DNA from: Tubulanus polymorphus
Taxonomy: Eukaryota; Animalia; Nemertea
Direction of reading: 5' to 3'
Length of the DNA stretch: 64,000 nt
Assembly: GCF_964204645.1 (NCBI RefSeq)
Contig: NC_134026.1
Span: forward strand, 1,635,950-1,699,949
The stretch's first letter is position 1. Every line of letters begins with the position of its first letter. The notes beneath the pieces are model-generated. The model was given only the letters and a program-made list of their open reading frames with translations. It did not search any database and was not told where the DNA came from. A program made the translations under genes and the position numbers. Below are positions 26,053-40,354 of this stretch, piece by piece.

Positions 26053-26630
26053 GATTGCACAGGATCAAAATGCGCCGTGTGCAGAGCTGGCTCCTCGAAT
26101 ATTGGAAAATTAATTTTAAGTGATAGAAATCCACATAGATGTTATCGCCGAGTACATTTATTATTCATTTGTAAGATATGGTATTATCGACACGCTGCTC
26201 CGCTTGTTCATATTAATAATCAATTCTTTGAAAGTTATCACAAAAGTCTGATTCATCAAATTTGTGAATGTTTTGTAAAGAAATCAAATGAAACGAAATG
26301 AAATAATTGATTGCTATCATGGACGTAGTCCGGTCTGATTTAAAGTGTGTAGTCTTTCACCCAGAGAACAACCAGAGAAAATTGAGAAGAGATCTAGCCC
26401 ACAGGTTCAGTAGTGTTGATTGTACTATAAAATATTCTATTCTATTGATTTCCTGACGGTGTTTAGTATAAGCCGTGAGTTCATGGCGGTGCCAGCGGTC
26501 ATCCCTGACGGTTTCTGACGGTTCCTAGCGGTGTCTGACGGTATTTAGTATGACCGATCAGCCGTGACCGTGATCCGTAGATCAGGAACATGCTAATGGC
26601 TCAAGGTCGTTGAGCTGACAATCTGCAAAA

Positions 26631-28332
<1,702 letters not shown>

Positions 28333-28641
28333 AATTCATTATTACGCGTTCTATTAAACTGTATTAAAACTAAACACTTTCATACCTAACTATGTCTTAG
28401 ATCTCTTCATTCATTTAGCAAATTGGGTCAAGTTGTCCTAATTTGATGGCATAGCTATTCATAATAATCATACACAACTATTAATAATATTCCTTTTATA
28501 AACTATTTATTAAACCAACTATAGACGAACTACAATATTAGCATACATTTACATGTATATAAAGGAACAAAGCAACTATTAGAGTACATCGATGATCTCA
28601 AACATATTCGGTGGACGGAGTTGACATCTACTATAGACTGA

Positions 28642-31600
28642 TTATTGGAATGAGTAACTCGGATTAGGTGTTGAACCGCACCACTGACCAATGAACTTCA
28701 AGACATCTTGCAGTTCGGGGCTATGTGACATCTGAAATTGAAAAGGTTGATGTGTCATGAAGCTATATCAAATACTCGCATTTATTTGATCGGATTTATT
28801 GAGAAGGAATAATTACCTTGGTTGCCATCAGTATCTTATTCCAGTCATCTTTATTCGCTACCTTTCCTGGACGTTTGAATTCCAGTTTATTTCTCAATAC
28901 GGGATAACCTAAAATTACAAACATCGGAACATTTTACGCTGATCGAAGTTGAAAAAAATCCGAAATGTGATCGAAAGTGTACAGACCAGTAATAACGCAA
29001 GGCAGTGAACGAATGCCTGTACTGCTAGCTACTAGTGATGCTTCGTACGTATCTCTCTCATCACTCGGTAAAATCTGTTCAACTTTCTGATCCATTGATA
29101 CCGCTAAAACCCATTCTTTTAAATCTTCATGTTCGCTTTCCTAGAAATATAATCATTATTCTTAAGTCAGTAGTGATGAAATTGTAAGATTTTCACTGAT
29201 GGACCGGGTACTTACCGAGAGGTGGGCTTTTTCAGGAAGTGGTATTTCAAATGGTATATCTGTATCCTGGAAGTCACTATTGTCCACTAGGTCCATTGAT
29301 CCTTCTTCTATAGCCTAAAACAGAGCAAACTCATGTTTTTATTCAGTCGGGTTTTAATTCGAATTCTAGATTGTAGCAGTTTTTTTGCCTTTTAGTTCAA
29401 TTTTATCAAATTTTCTACCGCTAGCATTCCCTAGGAGTGCTAGTGTATTCAAATGACTGTAAGACATCTCTGAGCAGCCAGGTTTGACTAGTTTATCGCC
29501 ATCTAATGGAAATTAAAGTTGTGAGTTATCAGTCACGTGTCATTGACAACAGCCAAACCTAACGGATAACCTATTTGTGACAGTGTTAAGTAGCTTACTG
29601 AGATGAATGAATAATCTTACCTCAACAAGATCCAAATACCGATTCAAAAACACAAACGCCATATTTTCCCATCCGATGTTCTATAAGATCAGAAATTTTC
29701 ATTAATAAAAAATTGAAAACTTTACATAATCTTGAAAATCACTTATGAAAAGAAATTGCTGAACATACCTTACACATTGTACCAGCCTCGTAGAAAGCCT
29801 TATCAGCAGGTATTATATCGGTATGCCTTAATAAAGCCACCGATAATTTGGCCGCCACGTTGTCTAATGACTGTTGACCCATCGTCGCCGAGCGTATAGC
29901 GTAGTAATGCGCAATGAGCAACATTGTTTCAAACTCTTCGTGTAGAGGGGTGTTTGCATCTGGCGATTTCACTAAATTCTCGCACTACAAAAGCAACGGG
30001 TTATTAATAAATTCTGATGAAACTCGTAGCGAGTTGTGAAGCCTATGACCAACATTGATTTACGTACCAGATCACAAAGCATGTCTCGAAGATCAGCCCA
30101 GACACGATAGGCCTCGGAACGATTGAGGTTCTTAGTGCACAATACATCGGAAACAATTCTTTTATAGATATTGAAATTCTACAAAATAAATAGGAATAAG
30201 TTTCATATAAAGAAAAGAATTCTAGTCGATCTTCCATCAATGATTAGACAGCGTGTACCTGTTTGTTAGCCGGTGCGCCATGTTTCACATATAGATCTAA
30301 TGCAGCATTAGTTCGATCTTCTTTGATCAGATTTGTCGCGTACAACGCTACGTACTTGTGTAACACTTTATAATTCTACAAATCGAGAACAAAATGTTGA
30401 GTTCATTTCAATAACCGACCAATTACTGATTAACAGCTGTTTACTGAATTTCAGTGAAGCAGAAAGTTATACGGTATTCCCCAAGACAGGTAAGTTTGTA
30501 TTCTATCTACCTGCTGTTCAGCGACTTCAAGACATTTCTCCCATTGTCCACGCTCGACGTACATATCCAGCGCTGAGATCACATCAACATTCACCAACTT
30601 AATGAATAGAAAGTACAGATAAGGTATTTAAAACAATAATATCTGAGCATGCTTTCAGTGATTGTTTACTTACAGCCTCTGCTTTGCCCTGGTTTCTCAG
30701 ATATTCCTTGTATTTCTCATCCACATAGCTCTCATACCTGTAATAAATAAAAATATTTCCTGTCAGTAATAATCATATTTCTTCTCTACTCTTTCACGTC
30801 TTCTCGTGCTTGTAAAAAAAAAAATATCAAACACTGTTCTTTACTTGTTCATTTCATACCTCGGTTCAAGTTCTTTAGCCACTTTTTTAGCTTTATTCCA
30901 CTCCTCACCGTCCATAAATGTATCAATCGCTTCTTTGATCAGATCAACGCTAAGATATAATTCAGCTGCCTGAAATTGAAGAAACCCAAGTCATTCAAAG
31001 TCAACCTGATTGATAGTTTTCCAGAGCCTGGGTATGTTATATACTTACTGCTGTGTATTTCTTTATTTCTGAAAGTCTAGGACAAACAACTTGTATGATG
31101 TCAACAGCTTTCTCCTGAACTAAGAACTTTGCTCCTAACTCACCAGCCTAAAACGAATAAAGGGAAAGCATTTTTAAGAATATTTCAATTTTACATTTTT
31201 GAATAATTGGCGAGTTGGTGTATCATACCTTAATCCAGCATTTTTCCAGTATGCTTGTATCTGAAGTGTGTTTTGGAGTAACTTTCATGTAGCAATCAAT
31301 AGCACGGACGTATTCACCAGATGATTCCCATTCGCGAGCTTGTTGTACCAAAGCATCAGCTCCCCTATACACAATCATATCACATTATAATGAACTTAAC
31401 GCACTTATTAAGATTTAAAACCCACTACATTCAAATCTAAATGATTGAAAAGGAAATTCATTTATGAAGAATGAAAATCAAAAGTTAAAAGACGCAGCAA
31501 TTCAATTTTTTTTAGCAAAAGTTAAAAGTCATGTCTAATAGCGGGGTTTCAATCATCCATTCTCCATGTCTAAATGAAGTAATCATATTTAATTGAAAAT

Positions 31601-34600
31601 CAGCATTTTTAGATCAGTTATATTTATTTACCTGGTTGATTTGTCCATCATTTCTCTATCGTATTCATCCTGTAGAATCTGCAGTTTATGTGGTATATAC
31701 TCCTTACATACGCGTAACGCATCCTGCCACATTCCTGCATCCTACAAACAATTACATAACATCATTTATGTCAATTCACTTCAGTTACAAAACAGAAAGG
31801 GGTCCTTTATAATGTACCGGTATGTATGTATGTATGCATGTAAATTTTGCTAATATTCAACTCCATTAACCGATATACGCGATCTAAGTATCCCTTTGGA
31901 TGCAGACCCGTAAGCATTTTATGATCACTCACTCTGTAATATTTGATGGCTAATTCAGGTCGCTGAGCTCTCAGTAGATACGATTCAGCCTTCTGGAATT
32001 CTTTCTCTTCGAACGCGTATCGAGCTTGTCCTACGAGAACATCACCCACAGAATCAGGATCATGTTCCTCTGCTACTCTCTGAGCTGAATCCCAGTCTTG
32101 ATTGTGGACGTACCTAAAAAGTAAATCGGCTTAACTTTCAAGACCCTTTCAATGGTGAATATGTCTACAATTTGAGATGAGTGAAAATTGTAATAAGCTT
32201 AAAGGACAAGACAATGTCTTTGTATTTACTTACATTAGAACTGCTTCTTTTGGTCGACTGCCTTTGATAAACTGAGCTTCTGCCTCCTTGAATTTGCCTT
32301 CATCTTCCAGATACATCGCAAACTTTAAGTGAATATCAGGCATTTTGTTCTTCATTGCCGTCCGAGCCAAATCAAAGGCAAATTCAAACGTACTGAAACA
32401 AAAGGACAAATTGTTTCAACGACTGACTATATCATGAGTAACACTTTTACTAACGATGTGAGAGTTTTAAAATACCAGTTCTCTGTAGCATAATCTATAG
32501 CAGCTTCGAGTAAACCAAACTTAGTTAATAGTTTTACAGCAGAATCTCCACCAAGACTTTTTGCCCATAGATAAGCCACTTGTTTGGAAGCGTTTGCACC
32601 TCCGTGCGCTTTAGCGACCTAAATTCACAAAGTAACAGTACATGAGAAATATGGGTGTTAAAATAATGCAGTTCATTATGGATATTGTTTATACATGGTA
32701 CAATAACCACACTCAAACGTGGTGAACAGATGATAAGATAAAAACCCACTATTTACAAATTAAAAGAATTCTAAAATTGCGAATTTATTTATTGAAACAA
32801 TCTAAAATATAAGAACACAATGTTTCGATCTCACACTAGAGATCATCGTCAGGTGGATCATCGTCGTGTCCTTATATTTTAGATTGTTGCAATTAGTAAA
32901 TTCTCGATTTTAGATTTCTTTTAATTTTTGAATAGTGGGTTTTTATCTTATCATTGTTTATACATACTCGGTACGATTCATCCCACATATCTGCGTTCCG
33001 GTACATATTCACCGCTCCCTTCCAATCTTTAGCTTCCATGAAGTGATGTTCAGCTTGGCGCATATTGCCTTCATTCATTAACGCCTAAAATTGATTAATT
33101 AATATTTGAAGATTTGCAAGTCTTTGATCTTTAAACGAAATGAGCTTAGCCTGGTCTTAAAAGTCAGGATATTCAAAACTGATTAGAAGTATTGTAAATA
33201 ATGTACAAACATGAGCGAGATGTATATGAGTATCAGACAGTAGATCGGGATGATGCTGCTTCACGAGGCGAATCATGTCCGAATACATTTTCTCTTTCTT
33301 GTACATCGTTATAGCTAAATCGGGTTCCTCCACAGCAACGAATAATCTACAAATACAAAACAATTCATGAATAGTTTCTAATATTTGCTTAACTATAAAA
33401 ACATGGAAAGAATGTTAGCTGCAAAGACGAACCTCTCAGCTTCCTTAAATTTGCCTTGCGATTCTAGTTGTCGAGCCTGAGCGATGTACATATTTGAGAC
33501 ATCATCCATTTTCATACAAGACGAGGCTAATCTATGAGCGTCTTCCCATCTACCGGCACTGTTATACATATCTATAGCTTCCCGCGTACAATCACACGCG
33601 ATGTAATATCGTTCAGCTCTCTGTTTGTATAAATATAAATACAACAAAATAGTAGAAACATGGGTGAATTCAGCCTACTGCCGTTACCGCTTAAGTGCGA
33701 TACTCGTGGATAAACAAAGCTCAAATATGAGAGGATCCCCTTATTTCTGATGTGTAGAAAATCAAATTTTCCACAAATGTTCAGATTGCATCTGGCAGTA
33801 AAATTTTAAAACCCCACAACTGAACTGTACTCATGACTAGAGGCTGGATACGTCCCTGAGAAATTGAAATCACAATACATTCTTCGATTGAATATACAAT
33901 ATATACCTCGTATTCACCAACAGATGCGTAGTGACTAGCGATTTTACGGTAGTATTTTACGGCCCAATTCGCGTCTTGTTGTAACTCTAATATTTGAACT
34001 GCTTTGTGCCACTGACGGGACGTTATAGCCGCTTCTACTGCCTTCTGGTTCGCTCTATTCATCAAAATAATAACATGTTTATTATATCGAGTGGGCATTC
34101 ATCGAAAATACATCGTATTCTCATCTTAAATGAAACGTACCCAGCTTCGATGAAGTGATTTATAGCGGCATCGAGTTGTTTTGATGAAACCAAGAAATCT
34201 CCCCATTCTTCTTCCAGTTTCACTACATCAGCCGGGAATGCGTACCGTGCCATTTCAACAGCTTGAATATAATGAGAAATTTATATCAGACTACGCCTCA
34301 ACTCTGAGAATTTAGATCATTGGTTGAGATAATTGCAATAGTTACCTCTTCTGTAGGCTTTGCCTTTCCTGTAGCATTCCATAGCTCGAGCACTATTACG
34401 AATCTTTTCAAATAAATCGCCGGCCTAATAAAAAGATTTCATTTAATTACTGAAAACATCACTTAATACGAGATAAAACCTTGAATGAAGTTATGAACTT
34501 ACTCTCTCGTAGAATTCTCCCTTCAATAGAGCTGATGCAACACGATTGATAAGTTCCGAATTGTTCATTAATTCCTGAAAATATGGAACGGCAATATCTT

Positions 34601-37600
34601 CTAAGTATAAATCAATACTATTGATTATTACGTCATATGGCTGTGTAGCTTTGAGCGCAATACCATTGTTGTACAATGGTTTGGTAAAAGAGTTCTGAAC
34701 ATTATGGAAATATGATAGTAGTCATTTATAAATGCCAGGACTCAGAACAGATCCCAGGACACGCCCCAATAACATGCATACAACCACACAAACCTCGTGA
34801 CTGGTAGCAACTCGTGCAGCTCTAGCCGGTAAACCTGCTTTCAAATACAGATTAATAGCAGCCATGAAATCATCCTCTTGTTCTTTGACCTCTCCGGCTT
34901 TCTCTTCCTGTCCTGTTTCGAGTAACCACTGGTAATAATGACGTTTCAGATTCTCTAACTCGGGATGAGCCTGTAATCATTCATACAGAGAGTCTATAAA
35001 CTCCAGAGTGTTCACAAAATATTACAACAACTAGAAACTAAATTCTATTACCTTCAATTCAGCGACGACAATAGCATTTTCCCATTTATGTAATTCTTGA
35101 TACATTTCCATAGCTTCGTCAATGTTATTCTATACAAAACAAAAATTTGAACATTGCTTTTGATTTGATTTTAACAAATCTTTAAAAGACATAGTGCCTA
35201 AAACGGTACCTGTTCCAGGTAGATCCCTTCGGCTTGTTTGAACTTCTTATCCAAAATAGCCATTCGCGCCCGTACTTTATAATGATCAAAACCATTACCT
35301 CCCATAGTTTTTGCTGCTTCAGCCGCTATTTTGTTAGTTTCCTGAAGATACTTAGCTTTGCTTACGTCACCCAGCGCCGCGAAACACCTGAATCAAACAC
35401 GCATCGGTTGAGCATTTTTGCAAGAAAAAATTATTCAAATTTGACTTATAAACGATACAAACCTTTCAGCAATGTGTAACTGCTGCGATTCCAGAGATAA
35501 TTTACTCAACGTTTTCCACATGGCTTCGGTTTCCGGTGACATTTCCAATGTTTCCAAGAACGCGACAGCTCTTTAAGAAAAAGAAATTGCTAGTTCTCCG
35601 CGCAGGAAAAAATGTTTCATTTAGATATTTCAGGATATCACAAACCTAGCATAATCCCCGTCATCGATGGCCGTACCAAACTCAATCAGTCCTTCGTCTA
35701 ATGTGTATGATACAGTCTGTACACCTTCGTTTACTATCACATCCGTTTTACCTTCATTTCTCTCTATTCCCATTACTTCTCCCTATAATAGAATCAATTC
35801 TTAATGCTTGATATAGACTGATGAAACTTTAACTCTTTCCCTCATTTATAAATTCCCTAGCTTTCCCTGAGTGAATCTGTGGCAGGTGAATGGAGAAATT
35901 TCTTCGGTTAAAATTTCATGATTCATTGCTTTTTCACGAATTACCGGTATGTATTGATAAAGAAATATATCTAATTCCCTAAGTTTCAGGTTTTTTGGCA
36001 GATTTTTCTGACTCCCAGTGGCTGACCTGTCTTTGACTTTATGATGAACTCTACATTAAACTGACCTTCATAGGAAACATGGTCACACGTTCTGGAGCAT
36101 CGATATTATACCAGACGCACAGATTATCTCTATTCTGTGCTACGACTACATCACTACCAGGAATCCACTGTACGTATGTGCAATAGTTCAGAATGGTCGT
36201 CTTTCCTTCGGTAGTTATATCGTAGAGATGTAACTGAAATGCGTATAAAAACACAGCTAGAAACATATAGACTATATATTTGTGTTGATGTTTCTCAGTA
36301 AGTTCCAGTCATTCTTACCCTCAGCCTTTTATCACGGAATAACAATTTCTGCCCGGTTTCGTTCAGTTCTAACCAGTCGATCTTCGAATCATGAGAAATT
36401 TGGCCCAAATTCATACCAGACATCAAATCAACTATCAAATAAATTGAGATATCGAAATAAACAATTGAAATGTGATATTCTAGTGATACTGTGCAGCAGT
36501 TTCGAAACACTTACTGATAGCGATAGTCTTCAAATCAATCAAATAAGCGAGTTTCTTGTTCATATCGACATCTTTTTGCTTTCTTTCGTTCAAACGCACA
36601 CTAGTAACACAATCACTACGATTAGATTCTGTACATCTATAAAATCATGTACAATATGAGAATGATTTTACCTGATGAGGTGAGGATTTGTGAATTCTGT
36701 TCGGACGCAACCGAGAACTTCGTTAGTCCCGTATTCGACTAATGACATTTCACCAGCGTTTGAAATAAGACACACCTATAAACAGTAGAATATTATTAAT
36801 CATCAGATTGTAAACACAGGTCGACATTAATTTCAAGACAATGATTCGACTTACATTGTCGTATTCGAATATGTAATCTTCATTACCGCCGGATTGCCAG
36901 GGAACTTCAGACAGTCTGTTCTCAACGAGATCTCCTAACATCAGCGTATCCGATGTATGAGCCACTAAATATCGATCATTGCCTTTTATTTTCACCTCGT
37001 CGATTTCATATCCGTAATAAGATTTCAGTACAACTCGGGTTCCAGTCGATAAATTCTTTACGATCACCTACAGTAAATACATACACTTACAGTAGAATTA
37101 CCTGTACTACATTCAGACTCAGATCATATAATTATAACACCCTAAATACAGATTTATAAGATTCGAAGTGAAATCTATTATTCAAGAATTCAAAATGAAA
37201 ATTAAGACACTTAACTCTAATTCAGACTTATCTAGAGACCATTGTCAGGTATGTCAATAATGGGTGACTTGATGTCAGTTGTGACCTCCATCTTCCGTAA
37301 GTTATTTGTCAATTTTCAGTGAGAAAGATTTTCGATTTGATTGTGTAACTATGTAACTACCTGACTCAATCCGACGTAAGTCATTTCAAATTTGTTCTTA
37401 TAAATGGCTCTCTTCAGACAGCAGTCGAACAGCTCGACGCCACCGCACAACGTACCCTGAAATATCAATCATAGAATTCACTGATTGTTTGAATCAACGC
37501 GAACAAAACTATATTATACTTACAGCGGTTAATCTGGATCCATCACGTTTCCACGCCATAGCAGTAATCGTATACAAATTTGGAATGTCTTTTGATTTTG

Positions 37601-39682
37601 CTTCGTCCCAACAGCCTTTACGTGGACTCCAATTAAACACTCGTAGCCTGGATAAAATACACCAGATAGATGTGTAATCGATCAATACCCTGATCAAAAG
37701 ACAGTTCTCGTCTATCGTCAGAAGATAAGCTGTACGTAACATCTTTTTATCCCATAAAATATGACATTTACTCCAAAAGAGAACTGACTAGGAATTGTTT
37801 AACTGTTCTAGTGACTCTTTTGAAGTGAAATGCTACATACCTATCAAAACTGCCGACTACTATAGACTGACCACTAGGACTACAGACAGCTATAGTGAAC
37901 TCGTGTTCGTCGTCATCGCGACTATAATCGAACTGTTGTAAAACACGACCCTCTCGAGTGTACGCGTAAATACGTTTATCACAACCAGCCGCGAGTATTG
38001 AATTAGTCGCCCAACCTAAAGCATACGGTGGACATGGATGCGTGCAGATCTTACCCTAGATAATGAAAAATTAATTTTATGAAGTCAACCGTTTTTATTA
38101 AGTTCACACTATTAGACCTGACTTTCTGGTATTTCCATTTCTGAGTAGTTTTCACCACACAAATCAATAGAATTACAAGGAATGATTTTTCACTGGAGCA
38201 GACCTGACTATCTGGTATTTCCATTTACAAGTATTTTTACCACTTATGGCAGTAATTTGTCACAAAAATATTAATCTGATCGAAAATTAACTAGAAATTA
38301 TTCTGATTTTGAGAGTATTTTGATAATTTTGGGAGTAAATGAACTCTTAAAAGAGTAAAAACCACTTCTCTCAGATAGTAATGGTATTCAGGGCTTCTCT
38401 TAAAGATAAAACCATGATGCAACGATGGCTTAAATTCAAGACCGATCTAAGACCATCCTAGTCCTGAACTTAAAGTTCAAGATCACTTTTGACCATGACT
38501 GTACAAGACTGGCCGAGACTTGCAGAAAAATCTAAAATGTACCTGCGCATCGCCAGAGCCTTCATCATCGAAAAAATATCGTACAATATTTCCGTTTGCG
38601 TGACCAGACAAGAATCCTTTACCAGACGGACTAAAAATAGAGGAATATGGATCGTTATATTTCTCATTATTTCGAATATTAAGTGCCATAAATTTGGATT
38701 TAAAACTGACTTAGAAGTCAACGAAACGACGTATGAATCAGCGCTGTATAATGTCGATGATTTGTTCGTTTTTGTATTCGCAGCTCGAACCTGAAACATA
38801 AATAAACTCATTGATTGATATTCGGACAAATTCAATAGAATTTCATTAATGAAGAAGTGATTATTAGAGGAATTTACCTTTCCATCCGATAAGCCAATAA
38901 TGATCGGCTGATCGAGAGGCCATATCATACAGGTTACTGCACTTTGTAGGACAAACTTATTACATATGGTTTTCTTGTCGCCCCTGCAGAAAAAAAAATT
39001 AAGTTTTCTAGTTTTAGAAGCATTAAGTGTAACATTGTAAAGAATTTTCTTTTTTTTTTCTAACTTACCATTCGTCGCCAATTTTGTAGACAAAAACGAT
39101 ATTATCAGTTTGTCCAACCGCAACTTTAGTCGAATCACTGGAGAAAGCCAAACCTTTAACTATATAACTCTTCTTTCCATACTACAGAATAATTATTACA
39201 CATAAAAAACATTTGACAATTAGAATCTAGGCTAAAATAGAACTCATGATATAGATTCGATATCACAGCCAAAATATAGATTAATATACAGAGAGTAGAA
39301 TTGATGGGTCAAACTTATGGCGAGACTGACCTTTGCATCAGCAGGTTTTGTCGAAAACTTGTCACGTTTTTCTCCGTTTTCATCATACATTAGTATTACC
39401 CTATCGGCCGTACAAACTGCAAGCTTTAGATTGTTCGGCGCCCAGGCCATAGCAGTAATCTTCATAGCACCATCCTGAATTGCAAAATCGTATCATTGGA
39501 TAATACAACATACAGATGATACTCTGGTAAGTAAGTGTCTGTCGGCGCAGTGTCAGAAGCTGGAGTGAGTTGAAGAAGTGAAAGAAGGGTTTATCATCAT
39601 AGATTATTTCATACAGGACTATTTGGAATAGAATCTTTACCTGTGGTGGAAGAAGTGTTTTCATATGCTTCAGCTGCATCAT
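28642..39682 (-). CDS. IFT172: Intraflagellar transport protein 172 (WD40 + TPR/alpha-solenoid), dozens of short exons
   Basis: [13 protein letters not shown]; [27 protein letters not shown]; [15 protein letters not shown]; [18 protein letters not shown]; [14 protein letters not shown]; [23 protein letters not shown]; C-terminus [22 protein letters not shown]. Confidence 0.97.
38114..38243. repeat. Local imperfect direct duplication (~45 bp) in IFT172 intron
   Basis: agacctgactttctggtatttccattt..ttttcaccac and agacctgactatctggtatttccattt..tttttaccac. Confidence 0.7.
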
Positions 39683-40354
39683 GAAGTTTCAATTGAAAAC
39701 CAAATTGACAGAAATTACGCGAATTTTACGAAAAAAATGACATTTGTTTACACTGGTTACTTCACTCAGGAATTTCTGCGTTCAAGCGCCGTCTATGCAG
39801 CAATACAGAGGGCGCCACAGTACGGAATAGTTTTGTCCGGTCAATTAAACTGACTTTGTTCTGAAACGGGGTTTCTTGTTATATTATTGATGAATTAAAT
39901 TTCAAGCGTGGCAAAGTGTTCTTCCAGTTTAATTCTAATACTTTGAATTGTTTTTGAAAAAAAATTTTCATCAGGACTCGAATCCATATTCCGTGTGAGC
40001 GACTGCACGCGCCTCTACGTCATTGCAGCCCCTGCCGAGCGTGTGACTTCATTGATTGGTCAAAAGTTTGAACTCCGTCGCTAAATTTTGTGACGTCACT
40101 CTTTGGCCCCAAAATAAGCAAAGCATGAACATTTAATGGTGGTACTTAATAGCTATAAGTCTTTATTCATTTGTATCTCTATCAATCGTATCATGAAGAA
40201 AAATGATTAATTTCTTATTGGTGGAATATAGAGCGATATGAAAAATTTAAACTTGAGTTAACAAGATGTGTGATTATAAAACATCGGACATATATACGTA
40301 CATAATTGTTATGCACTTATTCTATACACAAAGATAATATTTCAAAACGAAATT

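Noticed and set aside
39965-40030. tRNA-like fragments (reversed B-box; similar at ~56368)
   Set aside because: No complete cloverleaf could be built; at most SINE remnants.
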